64,000 nucleotides of DNA from an uncultured bacterium (lineage in GTDB: Bacteria > Patescibacteriota > Minisyncoccia > UBA6257 > 2-01-FULL-56-20): contig CAWJQC010000008.1 in NCBI GenBank assembly GCA_963844965.1, positions 92,185 through 156,184 of the forward strand, written 5' to 3'. Positions 18,627-28,609 of the stretch are shown piece by piece. Under the pieces are notes generated by a model. It saw only the letters and a list, made by a program, of their open reading frames with translations. It did no database searches and was not told where the DNA came from. Made by a program: the position numbers and the translations under genes. How positions within the stretch are numbered: position 1 is the stretch's first letter; each line of letters opens with the position of its first letter.

Positions 18627-18959
18627 TTAGTTGATCCATCGGTTCACGCTTCCACTGCGCGCTGTAAAGGACGCATCTTTGGAAATTTTCGGATTTGGAT
18701 GTTCAATAAGATAAATAACGGCAAATACAAGTATATAGGCAAAGGCCGCCACGAGGCCGAAGAGCCAGAAAAATAAACTTCCCGTTCCAAGTTGGCGGTC
18801 AAGTTTCATTCCCTCAACAAATGCGTTTGCCGTAACAAGCGAAGCGAGTAACACAAAAAGAAAAAAGGCAGAAACTGGACGTCCACGGCCGCGTGGACCC
18901 CGGAAAAAATTTCTCCATACCAGAAGCATCGCCCAGTAGTATTTCGGTACTATTCGCAT
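18627..18959 (-). CDS. hypothetical membrane protein
   Basis: 110 aa, 3 hydrophobic helices. Confidence 0.4.
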   Translation of the reverse strand: MRIVPKYYWAMLLVWRNFFRGPRGRGRPVSAFFLFVLLASLVTANAFVEGMKLDRQLGTGSLFFWLFGLVAAFAYILVFAVIYLIEHPNPKISKDASFTARSGSVNRWIN

Positions 18960-19020
18960 CGCAAGTCTCCTCTCAATATGCCGGAGGTAATGTTAACAAA
19001 CCAGACAGAAGAAATCAATG

Positions 19021-19527
19021 CTAACGAACAGCGCCGTGATGATGCCGCCGACTCCTTGCCAAAAGAAAGTCATGCGCCTGTTTTAAAATCCGCTTTACGC
19101 CTTGATACTTTTTCCCAACGGTCTTTACGGCGTCTTCGTAAGTGAACCAACCAAACCCGCTATGCTCGCGTGTCGATATTTTCACTTCCGCCTTGTGGGT
19201 TTCCGCAAGATAGAGAATAACTGTGTCGTGTATCTTTTCCTCGCCGCGCTGGAAATAAAATTTTTCGTACGCGCGGAATCCCTGCATCATCCGGAGTTCG
19301 GATTTCCTGATCCCCGTTTCCTCCTCAACTTCCCGCAGAGCAGCCTCCAAACTTGTTTCGCCGACCTCAAAATGCCCCTTGGGAAAATTCCAGTATGAAC
19401 CACGGCGGTATAAAAGTAAAAACTTTATGCCTTCGTGGGTACGCCTGTAAATCACAAAACCGGCGACAAACTGCCGCCGTGCTCGCACTTCATTGCGCCT
19501 AAGATATGTACGGAGATTTGTTGTCAT
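19021..19527 (-). CDS. NUDIX hydrolase
   Basis: Nudix box GHFEVGETSLEAALREVEEETGI. Confidence 0.8.
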   Translation of the reverse strand: MTTNLRTYLRRNEVRARRQFVAGFVIYRRTHEGIKFLLLYRRGSYWNFPKGHFEVGETSLEAALREVEEETGIRKSELRMMQGFRAYEKFYFQRGEEKIHDTVILYLAETHKAEVKISTREHSGFGWFTYEDAVKTVGKKYQGVKRILKQAHDFLLARSRRHHHGAVR

Positions 19528-19530
19528 TGG

Positions 19531-21264
19531 TTATTTAAGAAACTTTAACATCTTTTCAATTGGCCAGGAATTAATTATATCTTTTTTCCCAGCCCAGCCG
19601 CGGCGTGCCTGCGCGATGCCGTACTCCAAACATCCACAATGCGCCGGCGAATGGGCGTCGGAGTCAATCGCCAATTTAACACCAGCATCCACGCATTTTT
19701 TTATGTATTCGTCTTTGAGGTCAAGCCGGTCGGGAAAGGCGTCTATTTCCATTATCGTCCCGGTCTGCTTTGCGGTTTTTATAAGTTCATCCACGTCAAC
19801 TTCGTAAGGAGGGCGGCGGTTGATGATACGCCCCGTCGGATGGAAAATTATGTCCACATTCGGATTCCGCATCGCTTTCCTAATCCGCTCTGTCTGCTCC
19901 TCGCGCGGCAGATTGAAATATGAATGGACTGACGCGCCGACAACATCAAGCTTGGCCAAAATATCGTCAGGCAAGTCAAGCGAACCATCTTTCAAAATAT
20001 CGCATTCGCTGCCCTTTAAAATTTTAATTTTACCGCCGAACTTTTTATTGAGCCGGTCAATTTCGGTCATTTGTTTCAAAATTCCCTTTTCATCCAAACC
20101 ATGGGTCATCGCCAGACGTTTTGTGTGATCCGTGATAGCGATATATTCCAATCCGGCCTCGCTCGCGATCTTGGCCATTGTTTCTATGGAATCCGAGCCG
20201 TCTGTCCAGTCCGTCTGCACCTGTAAGTCGCCAAGCAAATCGTCATAGCCGATTAATTTCGGGAGTGTGTGGTTCTGCGCCAATTCTATCTCGCCCGTAT
20301 TTTCTCTCATCTCCGGCTCTATATAATCCATTCCCAGTGCTTTATATAATTCTTCCTCTGTTTTCCCAGCGATTTGCACTTCGCGCTTCGCGCCCTGCTT
20401 AAACAACCCATACTCGTTGAGTTTATATCCTTTTTTAATGGCAATCTGCCGCAGGGCAACATTATGGTCTTTGGAACCCGTAAAGTAGTTAAGGGCCGCG
20501 CCGTAGGAATCGCTCTCAACGACGCGCAGATCAACATTAATGCCGGATTTGAGTTTAATTGCCGATCTCGTTTCGCCGTGCGCATTAACTAGGGCAACTT
20601 CCGGCATTTTCACGAAGTAATTCATGACCGGTCCTGGGTTTTTGGAAATCGCTAGGATATCTGCATCGCCAATCGTCTCTTTCATCCGCCTTACCGAGCC
20701 GGCGACAACGACGCGCTCAATACCACCAAACTCCCGCAGGCGTTTTTCTATCATCCGTATCTCCGGCATGACAAAGCCTAAAACGAAACGCCCGCCGGAT
20801 TTTTTGGTGAACTCTATGCCTTGCAGAATTTTCTCCTCGCTTTTTTTGCCGAAGCCCTCAAGCTTGGCAATCTTTCCGGCCTTGGCCGCCTTTTCCAAAT
20901 CGGCGATATTCCTGATTCCCAATTTTTGATAAAGTTTTCTGACGGATTTCGGTCCCAGCCCTTCAATCGCCCCGAGCGAAGCAAGGTCAACTGGCGTTTT
21001 CTTTTTCAAATTTTCGTAGTCCTTTATCCGTCCGGTTGTGAGCAATTCTTCTATCCGTTCAGCTATTCCCCTGCCGACCCCGGGAATTCCTTCAAGCGCC
21101 TTCACGCCGCCCTTCCTGTATATTTCTTCCACTTCTTCTTCCAGACCAGCGATCACGCCCGCGACTTTCTCGTAAGCGCGTGGCTTGAACGGCACATCAT
21201 ACATCTCCAGATATTCGGCGATCTCCTTCAAAATTTCCGCGATTGATTGGTTAGAAATATTCAT
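19531..21264 (-). CDS. polX: DNA polymerase X family protein (Pol-beta-like core plus C-terminal PHP phosphoesterase domain)
   Basis: 577 aa. Helix-hairpin-helix motifs (GIPGVGRGIAERI, GLGPKSVRKL), a nucleotidyltransferase core (GSVRRMKETIGDADIL), then PHP-like histidine-rich segments. Confidence 0.75.
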   Translation of the reverse strand: MNISNQSIAEILKEIAEYLEMYDVPFKPRAYEKVAGVIAGLEEEVEEIYRKGGVKALEGIPGVGRGIAERIEELLTTGRIKDYENLKKKTPVDLASLGAIEGLGPKSVRKLYQKLGIRNIADLEKAAKAGKIAKLEGFGKKSEEKILQGIEFTKKSGGRFVLGFVMPEIRMIEKRLREFGGIERVVVAGSVRRMKETIGDADILAISKNPGPVMNYFVKMPEVALVNAHGETRSAIKLKSGINVDLRVVESDSYGAALNYFTGSKDHNVALRQIAIKKGYKLNEYGLFKQGAKREVQIAGKTEEELYKALGMDYIEPEMRENTGEIELAQNHTLPKLIGYDDLLGDLQVQTDWTDGSDSIETMAKIASEAGLEYIAITDHTKRLAMTHGLDEKGILKQMTEIDRLNKKFGGKIKILKGSECDILKDGSLDLPDDILAKLDVVGASVHSYFNLPREEQTERIRKAMRNPNVDIIFHPTGRIINRRPPYEVDVDELIKTAKQTGTIMEIDAFPDRLDLKDEYIKKCVDAGVKLAIDSDAHSPAHCGCLEYGIAQARRGWAGKKDIINSWPIEKMLKFLK

Positions 21265-21281
21265 CTATGGCGTGCAATTTT

Positions 21282-21923
21282 CTATGGCAAAGTAATTCGC
21301 GGAGGCGACGATTTTCTCTCCATCCTCGAACCATCCAATTTCGGAAAAAGCATGAGAAGAAGTGAGGATGCGATCAAATTTAGAATTGCCGCCACGGCAA
21401 AAGTCGTTCTAAAGCCATAAGCATCGGCAATTATCCCGCCAATCGCGCCGCCGACGGCAGTGGAAACGGTCAGACCGAAAACGCTGAATATGCTCCACTC
21501 AACACCCTCGGAAACCTTGTCAACGTGATGCGCGAAGATCGTATAGTAAGCAGCCATAAGACAAGCATCGCCGACCCCGCAGACGGCTTCCATTACGTAT
21601 AACTGCCAGGTAAACTTTATGAACATTAAGGTTAAGGGATAAACAACGCCTATCGCGCAGCCCAAAAGCATCACGCGGAAATCGTCTTTTTCCCCGGATT
21701 TTCTGTCTATTCTTCTCGCAATCGGTATCTGGAGAATTGATTTCACTATCGCGTAGATGGCGATCGCGAAACCAGCCGTTCTTAGGCTCGCCCCGACGAG
21801 CGTGCCCGTGATGAAAACCGCGAAAAGCGGCGCGAAAAGTCCGCCGCTCGCGTTCAGGATAAACAGGAAAAAAAGCAGGAGTTCAATTACCCTATTTATG
21901 GAAATGTTCAGTTTTATTCTCAT
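21282..21923 (-). CDS. MFS-type transporter-like membrane protein (6 TM; possibly a half-size or truncated MFS)
   Basis: Hydrophobic 6-helix pattern. Start ATG (plus cat 21921-21923) lies inside the MITE-like repeat; the track N-terminal extension RPISNGM comes from that repeat. Confidence 0.45.
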   Translation of the reverse strand: MRIKLNISINRVIELLLFFLFILNASGGLFAPLFAVFITGTLVGASLRTAGFAIAIYAIVKSILQIPIARRIDRKSGEKDDFRVMLLGCAIGVVYPLTLMFIKFTWQLYVMEAVCGVGDACLMAAYYTIFAHHVDKVSEGVEWSIFSVFGLTVSTAVGGAIGGIIADAYGFRTTFAVAAILNLIASSLLLMLFPKLDGSRMERKSSPPRITLP

Positions 21924-22054
21924 CCCGTTAGAAATAGGGCGCAACGCCGCCGCTCGTCCTCTTTATTATTTAATATTCGGCCATTTTGTTGATGTAATAT
22001 CCGCAAAGCGTCCGCGCCTGCCTGCCGGCAGGCAGGATTTCTAACGGGACCCAT
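21919..22054 (-). mobile_element. MITE-like element copy 1 (TIR TCCCGTTAGAAAT; flanks ATGGG/ATGAG) between the clpB-like stop and the MFS start
   Basis: On the minus strand: ATGGG-TCCCGTTAGAAAT…ATTTCTAACGGG-ATGAG. Contains the 20-bp palindrome at 22017-22036. Confidence 0.6.
22017..22036. repeat. perfect 20-bp palindrome CCTGCCTGCCGGCAGGCAGG (copy 1 of 3)
   Basis: Identical at 31099-31118 and 38023-38042. Confidence 0.9.
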
Positions 22055-24629
22055 TACTGTTTTACTATCTGATCTCCCAGTTCCACAAAACCGACCTCGT
22101 CGCCCTGCGTCGTGAGTTTTATATGGCTCCCGTGCTCAACTTTTTTCTCCAAAATTTTCTGCGCGAGCGGCGCGCGCAATTTTTCTTCTATCACGCGCCG
22201 CAGAGGTCTCGCGCCGAACGCGGGATCATATCCGATCCGCGCGAAAAGTTTTATAACCGCCGGATCAATTTCCATCTTTATCCCCTGCTCGCTCACCAAC
22301 TCTGCGACATCCTTAAGATTCAGCGCGACTATTTTTTCCAAATCCGCCGGCTCTAAATTTTTGAACACGACAATCCGCGAGAACCTGTTCAAAAGTTCTG
22401 GTTTGAAAATGTCGGTCAGTTTTCTCTTCAGATAGTCGGCGATCTGCGCCACCGATTGACCCTGGCTCAGGGCGTCATTGATGATATCCGAATGGGCATT
22501 AGAGGTGGCGATTATAATCGTGTTCTCAAAATCAACCGTGCGGCCGAGATTATCCGTGAGCCGGCCATCGTCAAACACCTGCAAAAATAAATTCAAGATA
22601 TCAGGGAAGGCCTTCTCAAATTCATCCAAAAGGATCAAACTATACGGCTTTTGCAGAATCGCGTCCGTCAAAGCTCCGCTTACCTGGCCATCGGGCGTTC
22701 CGATAAACCTGAAAAAACTCTGCTTATCCTGATATTCCGTCATGTCAAACCTCACCATTTCCTTATCCGAACCGAATTGGACCTTCGCCAAGATTTTGGC
22801 GAGTTCGGTTTTGCCGACGCCGGTCGGACCGACGAAAAGAAAACTGGCGATCGGTCCGCCTGGCCGCGCGAGCCCGCTCCTGTACTCGCGCAGGGCATCC
22901 GCCACGACCCCCACCGCCTCCTCCTGGTCGATCATCCGTTCGTGTATTGTCTCCTCCAACTTGAGAAGTTTTTGCGCCTCGGCTTCGGTTGCCTCGTGCA
23001 GCGGAATATTTACCTTTGCTTCGGCCACGCTTACCACCCTGTCCGGCCCCACGTACTTTTCCCCGCGCCTTTGGGCGTCAACCAAAGCGCTCTTCAATAT
23101 CTCCTCGGCGCTTGAAGGCAGAAATTTACTGCGCAAATATTTTTTTGCGAGCACAACCGCCTTCTTTATCGCGCCGAAACTTATGGTTACCCTGAACTGA
23201 CGCTCGAGTATCAGACTCTCGTAGGTTAAAATTTTTTCCGCGTCGGCGACGCTCACTTCGCTCACCCTGATTATTTCAAACGCGCCAGCAAAATCGCTAC
23301 GCGGCTCTATGAACTGCTTGAAGTCGCGCGGAAAAGTGAGCCGATCACCGGAAAGGCATTGTTTGTTATTATCGGCATCAAGGCATCAGCGGCGGAAATG
23401 TACGCGGCGCCGGAGGTGCGCACCAAGTTGTGTATGTTCGGGATGTAAATGATGATGTTCCCGGCGATGGTGATTTCTTCAATTATGTCTTTGAGCCGCG
23501 CGGTCAGTACTTCGGGCGGCGCGCCCGCCACAAGACTTTCAAGCTCAAGCGACACCAACCGCTTGTCAAACAACGCCGGCGGAACTTCGTCCTTAACAAG
23601 TTCCGCGGCGAGGTGAGAAATTATGGTTTCCTTGCCGATGCCGGCCTCCCCGACCAAAATAGCGTTGGGATTTATCGGCCGCGCCAACACTTCCACCAGC
23701 CGTTCAAACTCCTCTTTGTGACCGATCAAAAAACCGGTCTGATTCTGGCGGGCAAGATCGGTAAAGTCGGTTGAATATTTATCAAGGGTAGGCGTCGGCC
23801 GCGACGTCCACGCCCTATTCATTATGCGGTGTCGTATTTTCGGAGCACCAAACACAAAAAAGCCGCCGAGCGTCACTGGAATGCGGCGACTCATACTATG
23901 ACCCAGGGAACTGAAGATCATAGCGCGCTCAAGGTCGCCTACCTCGATCCCAAAAATGTTGAAAAGTCGGCTCATGGCTTCGTTTTTGACGAGAGGCATC
24001 GCCGAAAACAGGTCACTTGATTCTATGAAGTTGTGGCTCGCGCCCATGGCCTGTTCCAAGGCCAAAAGCACGAGCGTTTCCGCGTTCGCCAATCTATCTT
24101 CTTTGGAAATCGCGGACCACTCCCCGCTTTTTGAACTCTCGCCGAGAAACGCTTCTGTTTTCTGTTTGAATTCCTCTGGTTTTACATCAAGACGCTTTAA
24201 CCCCTCTTCTATGTCGGACAAATTTAGAAGCTGATGCGCCGTTTCCAGAAAGAAATTCTGCTTGGTGATCATGCTCCGGTCAAATGCCCTCTCCAGGGCG
24301 GCGAACGCCTTCGGCCGCAGATAACTCGCCATATTAACTCTGCCTCTTTTCGGCAACTCTATAAGCGGCTTGTCGCCCTCGTTCAGGTGGAGAAAGCGGT
24401 CAAACAGGAACAAAGCGAGAAATATTCCCGCATAGCGCAGTCCCCAGACCCCGGAGAGAAGAAACGAAGCCGCCGTAGCCGCAGTCACGAGGTACATCAC
24501 ATAACTTAGAACTCTTACGAATAATCTGCCCGGAAACGTCATCAAGAGTCGCGGGTCCTTATAACAGAAAACCGGACCCTCTCCAGCGACGCCCGCTGAC
24601 GCTGTTCCTTTACTATTTTCTTCGCTCAT
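22054..24629 (-). CDS. ClpB/ClpC-like two-domain AAA+ ATPase with N-terminal membrane anchor; split by a frameshift near 23265-23310
   Basis: ORF 23307..24629 has 2 N-terminal TM helices and a first AAA+ domain D1 (ILVGEAGIGKET…IIIYIPNIHNLV; Walker A/B look degenerate). ORF 22054..23265 is a second AAA+ domain D2 with intact GPTGVGKTELAK Walker A, LILLDEFEKA Walker B and the sensor-2 motif GARPLRR. Confidence 0.7.
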
Positions 24630-24988
24630 GGAGAATAGGAATGGAAATTAGTAGCGGCGAGAATAATAATAACCGGCGGAATCAAAACCCAAACAAGGTA
24701 AATAACAAGGAACACCAATCCCAAGAATAAATAGAGAACGCCGCCGATAAGTATCCTCCCTAAACGAAAGATCACGCCGAGAACTCTCCCGACTATCGTG
24801 TAATCCTTGTATAACGGCTGGAAGAAATATTTTATGGTAAGGCGAATCGCCAAAGACTTGTCCACCTCCTCCAAGATGGAAACAAACTTATGCGCCAAAA
24901 GACGCGAGCCGTCCACGTACCAGTGATGGAAAAAATCCAAAATCCTGTAAATGGCGCGATTGATTAAATAAACCAAGGCGAAGTTCAT
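24626..24988 (-). CDS. small membrane protein (hypothetical), translationally coupled upstream of the Clp-like ATPase
   Basis: 120 aa, two TM helices; ATGA overlap. Confidence 0.35.
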   Translation of the reverse strand: MNFALVYLINRAIYRILDFFHHWYVDGSRLLAHKFVSILEEVDKSLAIRLTIKYFFQPLYKDYTIVGRVLGVIFRLGRILIGGVLYLFLGLVFLVIYLVWVLIPPVIIILAATNFHSYSP

Positions 24989-25119
24989 TTATTTAAATTA
25001 TACCCGTTTGAGCCCAAGAGAACAAAAGATGCGCACGAAGGACGAAAATAAAAAAACCCGCGCATTGGTGCAAGCAATGGCGAGTATTCATATGAACACC
25101 GACTATCTCCACGGACCAA

Positions 25120-25521
25120 TCACTGTCTTTTCAGTTTGTGTTTTTCGCAACGCTTCACGAAAAGACTTGTCGCGCAAATCGCGCCATCGGGTAGCCGTAC
25201 CAAAAATGGGAGAGATTCGGTAAAATAGAATAATCCTGTGTAATCTATCCACGAACCAAGCAAGCCGAATAGCATGTACTCAGGATCAAGCCCTTTCGTT
25301 TTGTAGAAAGCCAGAAGCTCTTCAAACGTAAACTGCGTCCAACGACCCTTTTCCTGGAAGAAACGGACCAGTGCCACGGCGGCTTCTTCCACCTCGCACT
25401 TTCCGAACGTCTCTGAAAGTCCGTCGGAGAGATCAATATCGCTTGGCCTGGTTTTTTGGCTTGGTTTGTCGGCGGATTCACTGATCACACTAAAACTAAC
25501 CCCCTCTGCTGTTTTAAACAT
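25120..25521 (-). CDS. hypothetical protein
   Basis: 133 aa ORF, no recognisable motif. Confidence 0.3.
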   Translation of the reverse strand: MFKTAEGVSFSVISESADKPSQKTRPSDIDLSDGLSETFGKCEVEEAAVALVRFFQEKGRWTQFTFEELLAFYKTKGLDPEYMLFGLLGSWIDYTGLFYFTESLPFLVRLPDGAICATSLFVKRCEKHKLKRQ

Positions 25522-25596
25522 AACACCTCCTTCACACTACAAGCTAAGCGCAGATTAGCATATCGGCAATTTATCTGTCAAATTCGTCGCCGGGTT

Positions 25597-26238
25597 TTAA
25601 AACAACTTCGGCTGCGGCGGTTTCTTCGGCTTAGTTTCTTTCGCGGCGACGGCACCCGGCATTATGACGGTGAGCGGTGATTCTGTAAGAAATTTTCCCG
25701 AAACGATGTCCGGAAGCTTTTTGAAATCATCGCGGAGCTGATTCAAAACTTCGGTGGAGCGCAAGGCTGCTGCCGTGTGAAAAAGAGGAATGACCAGCCG
25801 ACCGTCAACTTTAAAAACCTTCCCGTGATCTCTTGAAATTTTGGCTTCGGGCAAAAAATAATTCATGGCGAACCGCCCCACGGCCGCAATGATTTTCGGG
25901 TTGATTATTTCAACCTGCTTTGTCAGATATGGCTTATATGCCTCAATTTCGTCCGGGCTAGGGTCGCGGTTCTCCGGCGGGCGGCGCTTGACAATGTTCG
26001 TGATATATACATTCCCACGCTTCCAGCCGATTGCTCTGATAAACTCGTCCAAAAGTTGCCCGGCGCGACCGACAAACGGCCGCTTGAGGCGGTCTTCGTG
26101 AAACCCCGGTGCCTCGCCAATGAACATAACTTCGCAATCGGGATTGCCTTCGCCGAAGACCAAATTCGTCTGAAGTGGCAGGGACTTGTCGGCGGCGATT
26201 TCGGCTTCAAGTTTTTTGAGTTCGTCGTCTTTGCTCAT
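25597..26238 (-). CDS. uracil-DNA glycosylase, family 4
   Basis: MFIGEAPGFHEDRLKRPFVGRAGQLL (GEAPG motif). Start at MSKDD (plus cat 26236-26238), downstream of a terminator. Confidence 0.75.
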   Translation of the reverse strand: MSKDDELKKLEAEIAADKSLPLQTNLVFGEGNPDCEVMFIGEAPGFHEDRLKRPFVGRAGQLLDEFIRAIGWKRGNVYITNIVKRRPPENRDPSPDEIEAYKPYLTKQVEIINPKIIAAVGRFAMNYFLPEAKISRDHGKVFKVDGRLVIPLFHTAAALRSTEVLNQLRDDFKKLPDIVSGKFLTESPLTVIMPGAVAAKETKPKKPPQPKLF

Positions 26239-26333
26239 ATCAGAAATTATACACGAGTTCATTTTTTGTAGTAATACCGGAAAATTATCGTGACACTGAA
26301 ACGAAAGATGGCAACGTAAATCTTCCCAACGTA

Positions 26334-26369
26334 AAAAGCCGGTCGCCTGAGGCGACCGGCTTTTTATTT
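26334..26369. terminator. bidirectional Rho-independent terminator
   Basis: AAAAGCCGGTCGCCtgaGGCGACCGGCTTTTTATTT. Confidence 0.75.
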
Positions 26370-26389
26370 GCTGTCGCGACAGCAAATCG

Positions 26390-26671
26390 TTAGAGTATCG
26401 CTTCCTTCGCGGCTTTGGCAACGCGGAATTTCACAACCGTCTTCGCCTTGATCTGGATCTGCTCGCCGGTTGCCGGATTTCGTCCCATTCGGGCCGCGCG
26501 GTGCTTCTTCACCAGTTTTCCAAATCCAGGAAGAGAAAACTCGCCCGCGGATTTAACCTGGCCGTAAGCAATCTCAGCAAGAGTGTCCAAAAACATTCCC
26601 GCCTGCTTTTTTGACACCTCGGCTTTCTCGGCAAGCTTCCCCAAAAGCTCCGACTTCGTCATTTTCGCCAT
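26390..26671 (-). CDS. hup: DNA-binding protein HU
   Basis: 93 aa. …GFGKLVKKHRAARMGRNPATGEQIQIKAKTVVKFRVAKAAKEA is the HU/IHF arm signature. Confidence 0.85.
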   Translation of the reverse strand: MAKMTKSELLGKLAEKAEVSKKQAGMFLDTLAEIAYGQVKSAGEFSLPGFGKLVKKHRAARMGRNPATGEQIQIKAKTVVKFRVAKAAKEAIL

Positions 26672-26797
26672 GAGTTTGGTTTTGAATTAAATTTATGCCG
26701 ACCTTGTGTATATGTATATTATATAACAAATCAGGGCTTGCACACAAAGCGGCTTATATGCTAAAACACAATCAGTAAAAATTGGCAGGAGAATAAG

Positions 26798-28003
26798 GTG
26801 AAAATCGAAATTGCCTTCAAGGATTTCAAACTGCAATCCCTGAACGCGCTCCCGGTGGGAAAACGCATCCAGCGGATATCTTTGGGGATCAAAAAGGGCA
26901 TGGATTACCCCCGCGGTAAGGTTGGCAAATTCATCTTATCGCAATTCGGCACCATACACCTCGTAAGTCCGCTTCTTCCGGAAAGCATAGTCACGACAAA
27001 TTACGCGCTTTGCAATGAGGCGAGAGAACTGCTCGGCGAAATGTATGAATCCTGTGGCAAAGAAGCGCCGAAGGTGGCCTGCGGGAGTAGGGTAATTCCC
27101 GGTTCAAGCTTCGAAAAATCACGGCGTTTGGAAAGAAATGGTGTCGTTATCCCATTTTCCGGCGGGAAAGACGGCGCGCATCATTACCTGAAATCCATGA
27201 AATCCGGTCTTACCCCGCGCCTTGTCCATATTCGCAACATGAACCTCGCGTCCACTTCTGAAGAATTCGCGTGGGCGGGAAAACTTTCAAGTTTTCTTGA
27301 GGAAGATCTGGACATAATTCATCTGCACAACGGCGTACCCAAGAACGGCTTTGACACCATGAGATTCCGCGACATGTTCCTCGTCGCTCTGATGATCCCA
27401 TATAACCTCAAATACGGCGCCGAAAAAACGATCATAGAGGGCTTTGCCGACGAACTTGAGGGCAACATGGAGCTTTTCAGCGGCAAAGAAAGTGAAATGA
27501 AAAAATTTAACGAGCTGCTCAACGATTTGGGATTCCCGATAAAAATTTCGTGGTACAACATGCCGGAATGGCGAGTTTTGAAATGGCTGATCCTGAACCA
27601 TCCCGATGTTCTCGCGAATACTAACAGCTGTTTCGCGTATCCACTCTTGAAACTCCAGCAGAAGGATAGGGTAAAAGAACTTTTTCCCGGCTTCCCTTTC
27701 TTTGAAAGCCAATGCGGAATGTGCTTCAAGTGTTTCATAGTGAACCTCGCGCGAATCGCTTTTGACGACGTAGATTGTCCGGCAGAAATTTTGAGAAGAT
27801 ATGTAATTACCGCCGATGCGTGGCTTGCGAAGAAAATCAAGAATTTGGGCGCGTATTACAATGACCCGAGTTTTTCCCGCCTGCTCGCGCTAACCAAACA
27901 AAAGATACAGACAGTTCAGCCGCCGACCAAGGGTCCGGCGGTTTTAGTTTTCGGCCGCGCGCCAGAAATCCTCTTATTGCGCCCCGGCGGTATTCCGTGT
28001 TAA
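26798..28003 (+). CDS. PP-loop (adenine-nucleotide alpha-hydrolase superfamily) ATPase with C-terminal Cys cluster (QueC/TtcA-like), GTG start
   Basis: PFSGGKDGAHH PP-loop (SGGxD) motif; C-terminal CGMCFKC. Confidence 0.45.
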   Translation: MKIEIAFKDFKLQSLNALPVGKRIQRISLGIKKGMDYPRGKVGKFILSQFGTIHLVSPLLPESIVTTNYALCNEARELLGEMYESCGKEAPKVACGSRVIPGSSFEKSRRLERNGVVIPFSGGKDGAHHYLKSMKSGLTPRLVHIRNMNLASTSEEFAWAGKLSSFLEEDLDIIHLHNGVPKNGFDTMRFRDMFLVALMIPYNLKYGAEKTIIEGFADELEGNMELFSGKESEMKKFNELLNDLGFPIKISWYNMPEWRVLKWLILNHPDVLANTNSCFAYPLLKLQQKDRVKELFPGFPFFESQCGMCFKCFIVNLARIAFDDVDCPAEILRRYVITADAWLAKKIKNLGAYYNDPSFSRLLALTKQKIQTVQPPTKGPAVLVFGRAPEILLLRPGGIPC

Positions 28004-28117
28004 AAATTAAGCAGCAAAATTAAAGTCGCTGGAGCGGATAATGAGCAAGAAACACCGGAAAAATAAGCGGTTATTAGGACTATCTACTGTTCAGGAAGGA
28101 AACCGCGGGAGCGTGCC

Positions 28118-28411
28118 ATGCGATGGCTGATTACACTTAAAACCGAAGATGGCCTTATCGTACCCTGCCGGCTCATGAATGCGTTCCGCTGCAAGGGATT
28201 GAAAATCGTGACCTTGGCCATGGCGGCCCGGCCGTGTGGCTATTCCATGATGGCGGTCGTGGAGCCACCGGAAGGCGCTGACGCCGACTACATCTTTAAC
28301 TTCCTGCGCCGCATGGGGGGCGTTCAGAGTGTTGTTATCAACAAAAAACCACCATCAGCAGAAAAAGAGGAGTACGAAATTGTTTTTTTCGCGCCGCCTG
28401 CGCCAAAGTAG
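28118..28411 (+). CDS. hypothetical protein
   Basis: 97 aa ORF. Confidence 0.3.
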   Translation: MRWLITLKTEDGLIVPCRLMNAFRCKGLKIVTLAMAARPCGYSMMAVVEPPEGADADYIFNFLRRMGGVQSVVINKKPPSAEKEEYEIVFFAPPAPK

Positions 28412-28444
28412 GCGGCTTTTTGTTTTGTCGCACAAACACGCAAA

Positions 28445-28519
28445 AAATTAAATTGGTGCCCCCGCGAGGAATTGAACCTCGACCACCTCCTTCGGAGGGA
28501 GATATTCTATCCGTTAAAC
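28445..28519 (-). tRNA. tRNA-Arg (anticodon CCG), CCA encoded
   Basis: Minus strand: GCCCCCG acceptor, anticodon stem TCTCC/GGAGG with loop CTCCGAA (anticodon CCG), T-arm CGAGG-TTCAATT-CCTCG, CGGGGGC-A-CCA. Confidence 0.85.
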
Positions 28520-28538
28520 TACGGGGGCTGGCTTTGAG

Positions 28539-28609
28539 CTTACTTTACCCCCACACCCAACAGCAAGCAAGTTTTCTGCTTACAGTTACTTGCTGTCAGG
28601 TGTGGGGGC
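28539..28609. repeat. long imperfect hairpin (about 25-bp stem) between the transporter gene stop and tRNA-Arg
   Basis: CCCCCACACCcAACAGCAAGcAAGT…ACTTGCTGTcaGGTGTGGGGG. Confidence 0.6.
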
